DNA of 64,000 nt from Candidatus Zixiibacteriota bacterium (GTDB taxonomy: Bacteria > Zixibacteria > MSB-5A5 > UBA10806), in contig JAHEDG010000001.1 in the NCBI GenBank assembly GCA_024641335.1, forward strand, positions 46,910 through 110,909. Reading direction: 5' to 3'. Each line of letters begins with the position of its first letter. Within the stretch, counting starts at the first letter, position 1. Under the pieces are notes generated by a model. That model was not told where the DNA came from. It made no database searches and saw only the letters and a list, made by a program, of their open reading frames with translations. The translations under genes and the position numbers were made by a program. This document shows positions 28,735 to 36,602 of this stretch, piece after piece.

Positions 28735-31700
28735 ATGCTTCGAAATCTGGTTCGTAAATCGGTCCTGATGGTGGCGTTTTTCTGTGTATTTTGCATAATT
28801 TTTACCGGATTAACAGCCGCCGAATCGAAATCAGTTCATAAGGTTCTGTTTTCTCCTGATAGACCTGTGACCGGATCGTTGCGTATCGAATTCCCGGATA
28901 ACCGGTTAAAACCGTTGTTTGCCTATGCGGCAACTGCCGACGGTCGTTTTCCGGCATCGGCTCCGGTTGTCACCGCCGACGCCATAAACCTGGAATTACC
29001 ATCGGATCGAGGGGCAGTCACAGGCGTAGTTATCCTGGCCGAAAGCGGTTTGCCGGATCCCGATTTTTCGCGCTTGAGAATATTGTCGGGCGGCCGTGCT
29101 CTTAAGGGGTTTTTTAGTTGGTACGATGGTCTGTCGCTGGACGTTTTGAACAGTGTCACTGATAGTCTGGCCCTGGCGGAAGTCGGAGCCTCTGATACTC
29201 ATAAGATAGGATTCACTACTTCATCGCTGGCCTTGAGCGACTCGGCTATAATCTGGGTTACTTTCCCCGGCGGTTTCGATATCTCGGCCATCGGTACGGC
29301 GATCTATTCCGACAATGACCCGGCTAATAACGGCAATGAACCGCAGGTGGCCTCATGGGATAGCGTCGGGCAGACGGTTAAGTTTTTCCTGAATTCCGGA
29401 GCTCAACCGGCTGTGGTCGGTTCGAGAATATCGGTGGTATTTTCGCCGGTGACCAACGATACGGCAGCCGGCAGTTTCACAGTTGTAGCGCTGACCACCG
29501 ACTCTCTTGGCAATATTGAGAACGGCCCCGATGTTTCGGCGCCCTTTAACCTGAACCCGTCAGCTCTGGATCATATTGCCATTTCTCCATCGGCTCCGAT
29601 AAGTATTCCGGCCGATTCATCGGTTCTCTTCGATGTCAGCGGGGCGGATATATACAACAATATTATCGATACGCTGACATTCGCCTACGCCCTGACTGTC
29701 GATTCCTGCGGACAGGTTTCAGACGGGATTTTCACCGCTATCAAAGTGGGGGCCTGCTACCTGACAGCGTCAACAGGCGGCATTACCGATTCATCCGGCT
29801 TGATCACGGTCGTACCGGGGCAGATAGGCAGGTTCGGATTGAGCGGATATCCGGAATCGAGAACGGCCGGCGTCGGTTTTATCAATCCGATCAATGTTAA
29901 GGTATATGACGTTCGCGAGAATATTAAGACCGATTATCTGGGAGAAATGTGGTTTACCAGCTCCGATACTCTGGCCACTCTGCCTTATAATTCGGTTTCG
30001 CGCTACACGTTTACCGTGGGTGACCAGGGGCAGCATAATTTCGCGGGTTCCGGTTTTACTTTGAGAACCGCCGGGAATATGTATATCATGGCTACGAACG
30101 GCCCGGTTACCGATTCCACCGCCTTTATCAGGGTAAACTCGGCGGTGATAGACACTTTTCTCTTCAGTGTCGTAGCATCACAAACCGCCGGATATAGTTT
30201 CAATCTGCAGGTTGTTTCGGCCTATGATCAGTTTAATAATCCGGCATCCGGCCAGGTGATAGTCTCGTTCTCCGGCGGAACAGGCGGGAATTCCCCCGAC
30301 GGCATACCTCCGTCGCTGAATAATATCAATGTTACTTCGGGCAACGGTTCCGCCTTGCAAACCCTGACCAACGCTGTCCCGACTATTCTCGAAGGTTCGG
30401 TTTCCGGAGCGATGAGTATCGGCGATACTATTTTGGTGGCGCCGGGCAATCTGGGACGATTTACATTGGACGGTTATCCCGATTCCACTACCGCGGGAAA
30501 TGTTTTTCCGAATCCCGGAATCGATGCTACGGTCTTTGATATTTTCGGCAATCTCAAAACGAATTTCCTCGATTCGGTTTATTTCGAAAGCTCCGACACG
30601 CTGGCTGTAGTGCCGTATACCGGTTCAGGCAACTCGAAATATAAATTCGTTTCGGCCGATTCCGGTTCGCATATATTTCCCGGAGCTGGATTTATATTAA
30701 AGACATCCAATGAGCAGGATATAAGCATTACCAACGGAACAATCGCGGACACATCCAACAATATCATGGTCTGGCCGGGGCCGATCAATTCATTCATTCT
30801 CTTCGCTCCGATACCGCCGGTAACCGCGGGAACACCATTTCAGGTTACGGTTAACAATTGCCGAGATCAATGGGCTAATCCGACCGGAGGCACGGTTACC
30901 GTGACCGACAGCGTCGGGGGAGGATCATCTCCCAACGGCACGCCTCCGATATTCAATTCCATTCGGGTTGTCAGCGGCGCCGGCAGCGCGTATCAGACGC
31001 TGGTCAATATGGTCACGACGGTTTTATCCGGGGCGTCCGGTTCCATAGTGAGAGTAACCGACAGCGTATACGTCCTGCCGGGATCGTCTCTGGGGGTACT
31101 CGATCTGAATATTACCACTCCTCAAGTCAACGCCACTCCGTTTACCGGCACGGCTGATCTTACAGCTTATGATACCTATGGCAATTTGAAGACCAATTTC
31201 GACGCTTCGTCCGATAATATTACTATCTCCTCATCCGCCGGAGGGGTCATGCAGAACAATCTTTTTGATCAGGCGGGGGATTTTGTCGGCGGCGTAGTCG
31301 ATCTGGTTGCCCGGGGAACTTCATTCAATGGACGAGGAGGGGTGATGACCTTCTCGGCTGCCTCCAATTCAGGGGTAATCGGGATTTCCGACCCGGTGGA
31401 TATGCGGGCTATCTCCTGCGACAGCCTGCTGATTAACGAAGCTATCGTATCCTGGGGCGATACCGCTACCGGTATTGCCTGGGTTACCAACGACGGCGGA
31501 GCGCCGGTTGATATCACCGATATAGATGTATACACCGAATCGGGGACCACGCTCAATCCCGTATCCATAACTCCCGCGCTGCCTCACACGCTCGGTCCCG
31601 GCCTGGATAACGCCTATAATATCGCAATAGAGATTCCGATCGGTTTTACTCCCGGCATATATCCATTAACTGCCGCTGTCGCCGGGGCGTTCGGCATATA

Positions 31701-34683
31701 TCCTGTTTATGACACATTAAGCGGATTCGCCGATACCCTGGAAATCCAGCAGGCGTCGAATATAGGGTATGTCGCCGGATCACTCAACCGCGATACTCTC
31801 TCGACCGGGGAATGGTACTCCTTATCATTTAGAATCAGCAATACCGGCGATGCCGGGTTCGGAGTTCTGGATAGTTCCTTTATATATTTTACCGATACCG
31901 TCCGGGAATTTATGGCCCCGATATCCAGCGGAGTTTATGTTCCTCCGAATACTCCTTCGGGGATCCTGGCTGTTATGGATTCCGCTCTGGTCGATCCTTT
32001 ATTTGGCGAGGGGATTTACCAGGCTCAATTCATTTATTACGGCCGGGAGAACGGTCATTTTATATCCGGCTCGTTCCCGCTCAACGATTCGATCAGAATT
32101 CAGGCAAGCGCGGATATTTCTTATATAACCGGCTCTCTGAATATCGCTTCCCTGGTTCCGGGACAAAACGCTTTGTTTTCCATCCGGGTTCATAACTCCG
32201 GAGCGGCTTCGTTTATTGTGGATCATCAGAACACCAGGTTTTATTTTACCGATTCGGTCAGGGATTATATCGCCTATGCCGATACATCGTCGGGCAACAG
32301 GGTCGATATGATTACCTCTGATACCACCATACATTTTGCCCAGGCGGTGCTGCATTCGCAGTTTTCCTCGGGGATATATCAGCCCGGCATAAATCTGCGA
32401 GGGACCCAGAACGGAATATATAAGAATTTAACCCTTAATTCCTCGCCAGATTCCGTTTTGGTATCTTCCCGCGGGACATTAAGAATCGACACGACTTACA
32501 TAATGACCCGCAACGCTCCCTTCGCCAATATATCCCAACCTTGTTCATTGCTGGTCAGTGTTTCCAACGGCGGGGAGGAGGGAATAGATAATTTCGCCAT
32601 TAATCTTTTTACCGACGGCGGTTCCACAGTTCCCGCGCCGTTTACCGTCGCCCATCTCAACGGTCTGAGCTCGATCGATACGATATTTCAGATCACCTCC
32701 GGGGCGGCGCCTGATTCGAGCGAGATATTCTCAAGCTCCATATCCGGCGGGTCAGGAGAGATTATCGGACTTCCGCCGCCGATCCTTCCGCCGCTCGATA
32801 ATTACGCCCTGCTGGTTATAGAGACACCGGCAGAGCTGGCTCTTTCGCCCATAGATATTGTCTCGCCTCCGGAAGCGATGGACGACACGGTTACTATCGG
32901 GCAGAACCTTATCATTTCGGCTTCGGCAGCCAATCTCGGACAGGCCGATATTACGGGGGTTCAAAGTCTCACTCTCGATCCGGGATCGACAGGGTTCATC
33001 ATTAACGGGCCGGCGTCCCAGACTTTTATTCTCGATCAGGATCTGTTCTGGAATATAACCGCGCCCCCAAACCCGGTCAGCCTGGCCGTATTGACCATAC
33101 GTTTTACGTCATTTCCATTCGATCGCAACGACGGTTCCTCGTCGGTGGGAGCGGATTCGGTTTCCACTCGAACTTTCGAAATTGATACCAGCCCCGCGAT
33201 CAGTCAGAGTCCGGCCGTCACCGCCCCGGCCGGGGCAGTCGACCGGTTAATCTCTACCGATCAGACATTTGCCCTGACTGATACACTTGACCCGCTCGGT
33301 ATCTATTCCGGTCTTTCGGCGCTTATCGAGCTTCCCGCCGGTTTTACCACGCAAGATTCGCTTTTAAAACATCCTTCCGGGAATATTGTTCGCTGGACTT
33401 TAAGAGCTCCGTCAGTTCCGATGGATGATTCTGTGGCTGTGCACAGCTGGCTTTTCGATACCAATACCGGCGATTCAGTCGGGACAGCGGTCGATTATAT
33501 CGTCTTATCGACGGTACGGCGGGCCGATCTGAATATATCATCGAGGATAGCCGGTCCGCAGGCGGCGTTGGACGGCATCCTCGAACCGTCCTCGGAGCTG
33601 TTGTTCTCGGCCAGGGTAGATAATAACGGTACGGCCGCGGCAGGTACAGGCCGATTGCTTTTACATTTAGGCAGCCCCGATATGATCTCTCAGGAGCCGC
33701 TGGTCAGGGATTTCACCCCAGGCGTACCGGTACAATGGACCATTACGGTTCCGGATACCGAAAGCGTGGTTCCGATACCGATCTGGGCCACCATAGATTC
33801 CATACCTGATGACGTGAACAGTAATCTGCCGTCATTCGTATCCAATGATCTTTCCGGTGTCACTGTGACAGTGAAGGAGCTGCTGCCTCAAATGGCTGTT
33901 ATCCCCCGCGCGGCCTATTCGGGATCGGTGGTCAAAGGGCAGGAGTTGGTTTTTCTTTCATTCGCCATACGTGACAGGGACAGGGGAGGTTCCTATTCAG
34001 TGGGAGTGCTCGAATTAAGTTTCGGTTTACATTCCAGCCCGGTGGCGGATATTTACAGTCTTTTCTCCAGCGCGTCTCTAAGCTGGGATGCATCGTTCGT
34101 GGAAGCCGCGACCGGAACACCCGGGTTGATGAGTTTTGTTTTCCCGGATACCATTGTTCTGGGGCCGGGAGAGACCATAGAATTCGATCTTAATATCACA
34201 ATTTCCGACAGCGCCCCGGCCGTGGACTTTTCGCTGGCTCTGGATGGGGAGGATATCTTAGGGGTTGCTTTCGATAACGGCATCCCCACAGCCGGATTGA
34301 TCGGCGTCTCCTCAACCGGAGACCCATTGCTCTGGGAAGGGAATCCCACGGTTATTCTCGATGCCGATTTCTCCTCTTCGGTATCCAGCTATCCCAATCC
34401 GTTTAATCCCGATAACGAGGCGGCCAAAATAGGATATTACCTGGCGGCCGCTTCTGATCTTGAAATTAGAATATTCACCCTGCTCGGCGAACTGGTATGG
34501 ACGAAGAGTATCGGCAAAAGCGACGCTCTTGGCGGAGCGGGTCTGCATACCGGGGATTCGGCATTATTATGGTACGGCAAGAACGATTCCGGATATGAGA
34601 TTAATTCCGGAGTTTATATCTGCATAATAAAAAATATTACTACCGGCGAGGAGGAGAGATTCAAAATCGCGGTCGTAAAATAA
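28735..34683 (+). CDS. Giant (1982 aa) cell-surface protein with repeated Ig-like modules and T9SS-type C-terminal sorting domain
   Basis: Signal peptide. About three repeated modules 'G(Y)P(E/D)S(R/T)TAG...V(Y/F)D(V/I)..N.KT(D/N)(Y/F)L...(F/W)..SSDTLA..PY'. C-terminal 'SYPNPFNP...GELVW...WYGKNDSG...SGVYICII...FKIAVVK' matches the Por secretion tail. Confidence 0.75.
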   Translation: MLRNLVRKSVLMVAFFCVFCIIFTGLTAAESKSVHKVLFSPDRPVTGSLRIEFPDNRLKPLFAYAATADGRFPASAPVVTADAINLELPSDRGAVTGVVILAESGLPDPDFSRLRILSGGRALKGFFSWYDGLSLDVLNSVTDSLALAEVGASDTHKIGFTTSSLALSDSAIIWVTFPGGFDISAIGTAIYSDNDPANNGNEPQVASWDSVGQTVKFFLNSGAQPAVVGSRISVVFSPVTNDTAAGSFTVVALTTDSLGNIENGPDVSAPFNLNPSALDHIAISPSAPISIPADSSVLFDVSGADIYNNIIDTLTFAYALTVDSCGQVSDGIFTAIKVGACYLTASTGGITDSSGLITVVPGQIGRFGLSGYPESRTAGVGFINPINVKVYDVRENIKTDYLGEMWFTSSDTLATLPYNSVSRYTFTVGDQGQHNFAGSGFTLRTAGNMYIMATNGPVTDSTAFIRVNSAVIDTFLFSVVASQTAGYSFNLQVVSAYDQFNNPASGQVIVSFSGGTGGNSPDGIPPSLNNINVTSGNGSALQTLTNAVPTILEGSVSGAMSIGDTILVAPGNLGRFTLDGYPDSTTAGNVFPNPGIDATVFDIFGNLKTNFLDSVYFESSDTLAVVPYTGSGNSKYKFVSADSGSHIFPGAGFILKTSNEQDISITNGTIADTSNNIMVWPGPINSFILFAPIPPVTAGTPFQVTVNNCRDQWANPTGGTVTVTDSVGGGSSPNGTPPIFNSIRVVSGAGSAYQTLVNMVTTVLSGASGSIVRVTDSVYVLPGSSLGVLDLNITTPQVNATPFTGTADLTAYDTYGNLKTNFDASSDNITISSSAGGVMQNNLFDQAGDFVGGVVDLVARGTSFNGRGGVMTFSAASNSGVIGISDPVDMRAISCDSLLINEAIVSWGDTATGIAWVTNDGGAPVDITDIDVYTESGTTLNPVSITPALPHTLGPGLDNAYNIAIEIPIGFTPGIYPLTAAVAGAFGIYPVYDTLSGFADTLEIQQASNIGYVAGSLNRDTLSTGEWYSLSFRISNTGDAGFGVLDSSFIYFTDTVREFMAPISSGVYVPPNTPSGILAVMDSALVDPLFGEGIYQAQFIYYGRENGHFISGSFPLNDSIRIQASADISYITGSLNIASLVPGQNALFSIRVHNSGAASFIVDHQNTRFYFTDSVRDYIAYADTSSGNRVDMITSDTTIHFAQAVLHSQFSSGIYQPGINLRGTQNGIYKNLTLNSSPDSVLVSSRGTLRIDTTYIMTRNAPFANISQPCSLLVSVSNGGEEGIDNFAINLFTDGGSTVPAPFTVAHLNGLSSIDTIFQITSGAAPDSSEIFSSSISGGSGEIIGLPPPILPPLDNYALLVIETPAELALSPIDIVSPPEAMDDTVTIGQNLIISASAANLGQADITGVQSLTLDPGSTGFIINGPASQTFILDQDLFWNITAPPNPVSLAVLTIRFTSFPFDRNDGSSSVGADSVSTRTFEIDTSPAISQSPAVTAPAGAVDRLISTDQTFALTDTLDPLGIYSGLSALIELPAGFTTQDSLLKHPSGNIVRWTLRAPSVPMDDSVAVHSWLFDTNTGDSVGTAVDYIVLSTVRRADLNISSRIAGPQAALDGILEPSSELLFSARVDNNGTAAAGTGRLLLHLGSPDMISQEPLVRDFTPGVPVQWTITVPDTESVVPIPIWATIDSIPDDVNSNLPSFVSNDLSGVTVTVKELLPQMAVIPRAAYSGSVVKGQELVFLSFAIRDRDRGGSYSVGVLELSFGLHSSPVADIYSLFSSASLSWDASFVEAATGTPGLMSFVFPDTIVLGPGETIEFDLNITISDSAPAVDFSLALDGEDILGVAFDNGIPTAGLIGVSSTGDPLLWEGNPTVILDADFSSSVSSYPNPFNPDNEAAKIGYYLAAASDLEIRIFTLLGELVWTKSIGKSDALGGAGLHTGDSALLWYGKNDSGYEINSGVYICIIKNITTGEEERFKIAVVK

Positions 34684-34787
34684 TACCGGCTGCCTTTCTC
34701 CTGGCGGCCGCGGTATTTTCCACAGTCCATTCACAGGGGGATTCGGGCCGGGAATCGCCGTTCTCCTTAGGCGCCGGGGCCAGAGGT

Positions 34788-36515
34788 ATGGGCATGGGGC
34801 ATGCCTATGTTTCCCTGTCGGGCGACGCTTCCGCGCCGTTCTGGAATTCGGCCGCTATCGCCGGAATCGACAGGCCGGAGTTTATGGCTTTCCGAACTAC
34901 CCTGTTTTTGGAAACTAATTACGATTGCCTCGGTTTTTCATATCCTATGGAAAATATCGGCGTTTTTTCGCTCTCCCTGGGGAGAATAGGCGCGGATAAT
35001 ATTCCCCGCAGGGATCAATTCAACAGGCTGATAGATACCTTCTCATCATCCGAGACACAGCTGGGTTTGAGCTATGCCCGCGATATCATTTATGGACTTA
35101 ACGGAGGGATTACAATCAAGGCTGTCTCCAAGGATATCGGCGGCGCGGCGGGAGCCGGGACCGGAGCCGATCTGGGGTTCCAGTTTTCCCCTCCATTCGC
35201 GGAATATATCACCCTGGGGATGGGGTTCAATGATCTGATTCGGCCGGGGATAAAATTGTTGTCGGCCCAGGATAAATACGCCACAGTCTCTCGTTTCGGT
35301 ATAGCTTCATCCAATAAAGTCGGCGATAAATTCCAATTCACCGAAAGCCTGGAGCTTAATTCGTCGGCAGGACGCAAAACCAGGTTTATGATCGGGGCGG
35401 AGATGGCTTATACCGGACAATATTTCCTCCGGGCCGGTTATAATTATGAGCGGATCACATTTGGCGCGGGAATTATTTACAGATTCATTAAACTCGATTA
35501 TGCGTTCGAGAATTACGAATTCCTCGGCGCCAGCCATAAAATATCATTCGGTGTGTCGTTCGGAAAATCAGTCGGTTTGAGCAGGGAAGCTCGTCTGGCC
35601 GGAATGGTGGAAAAGGAAAGAAAGAAGTGGGAGGCGAATCTGGCCGGCAGGCAATCGTTGGCGGCGGATTCGATAGTGATTGTTGCGGATAGTCTTTTAG
35701 TTAACGGGCAATATCAGGAGGCTCTATTCAACTATGAGAAATCCCTGGCCCTGGACAGCGGTTCAGAAAAAGCTCGAGTTATGGTCGACAGCGTAATGAA
35801 CCTGATCATTTTCAATTCTATCAGGAATGTCTCTGACAAGAAGCGCGAAGAGCTTATCGCCGGCCGGGTGCAATCGGCCCTCAATGATCAGAAAGCGGGT
35901 CTTTTCAACGACGCTATTCTGAAATACAATCTTCTAATCGAGATCGATCCCGGCAATAAAGCTCTTACCGATCTTCTGAAAGCGGCCCGTAACGCCCGGA
36001 CAGCGGAAATCACCAGACGAAGAGAACAGGCCCGGACCCGTCAGGAACAAGGCGATCTGACCGGAGCGCTGGCCGAATGGAATCAGGTATTATCGCTCGA
36101 CAGAAACGATGCTATGGCTCGGTCTCAATCCGAGATAGTTTTAAAACAGATGAGAGCCAACGATCTGGTGGCCGCGGCTGTGGCCAGTGTGAATGAGGGT
36201 AATTTCGAACGAGCCGCCGACTATCTTAGCCGGGCGCAGGAATTGAAGCCGGATGACAGATCCATAAGGAACCTGCTTATAGATACCCGTTCGAAATCGG
36301 TTCCCCCGACATCGTTGGAGGATATAAAAGCCAATTCGGAGCATTGGTCGATTTATATCTCGGCGTTGGAAAGTTACCAGGCCAGCGATTATAACAAAGC
36401 GATCGAGACCTGGGAAAGGCTCAGAGATTTCTATCCCAATAATCCCGATCTTGAGAAAAATATCAGCCAGGCCAGGCAACGGTTATCCGCTCAAGGCGGA
36501 AACTCCCGAGATTAA
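34788..36515 (+). CDS. PorV/LptO-like outer-membrane beta-barrel fused to C-terminal TPR-like helical domain (true start probably upstream, non-canonical)
   Basis: 'GMGHAYVSLSGDASAPFWNSAAIAG' resembles the N-terminal motif of PorV/UPF0164-type OMPs. The beta-barrel half ends at 'LDYAFENYEFLGASHKISFGVSFG'. A second half of about 300 aa has TPR-like helical repeats. An in-frame signal peptide lies upstream with no ATG/GTG/TTG (see findings). Confidence 0.5.
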   Translation: MGMGHAYVSLSGDASAPFWNSAAIAGIDRPEFMAFRTTLFLETNYDCLGFSYPMENIGVFSLSLGRIGADNIPRRDQFNRLIDTFSSSETQLGLSYARDIIYGLNGGITIKAVSKDIGGAAGAGTGADLGFQFSPPFAEYITLGMGFNDLIRPGIKLLSAQDKYATVSRFGIASSNKVGDKFQFTESLELNSSAGRKTRFMIGAEMAYTGQYFLRAGYNYERITFGAGIIYRFIKLDYAFENYEFLGASHKISFGVSFGKSVGLSREARLAGMVEKERKKWEANLAGRQSLAADSIVIVADSLLVNGQYQEALFNYEKSLALDSGSEKARVMVDSVMNLIIFNSIRNVSDKKREELIAGRVQSALNDQKAGLFNDAILKYNLLIEIDPGNKALTDLLKAARNARTAEITRRREQARTRQEQGDLTGALAEWNQVLSLDRNDAMARSQSEIVLKQMRANDLVAAAVASVNEGNFERAADYLSRAQELKPDDRSIRNLLIDTRSKSVPPTSLEDIKANSEHWSIYISALESYQASDYNKAIETWERLRDFYPNNPDLEKNISQARQRLSAQGGNSRD

Positions 36516-36602
36516 ACTTTACATGCTCCCGGCTTATTCCTAATATTAACGGCGGAGGTTTATTGTAGAAGTATGGCCAGAAAGCCGATAAAAGAGGTTT
36601 TC

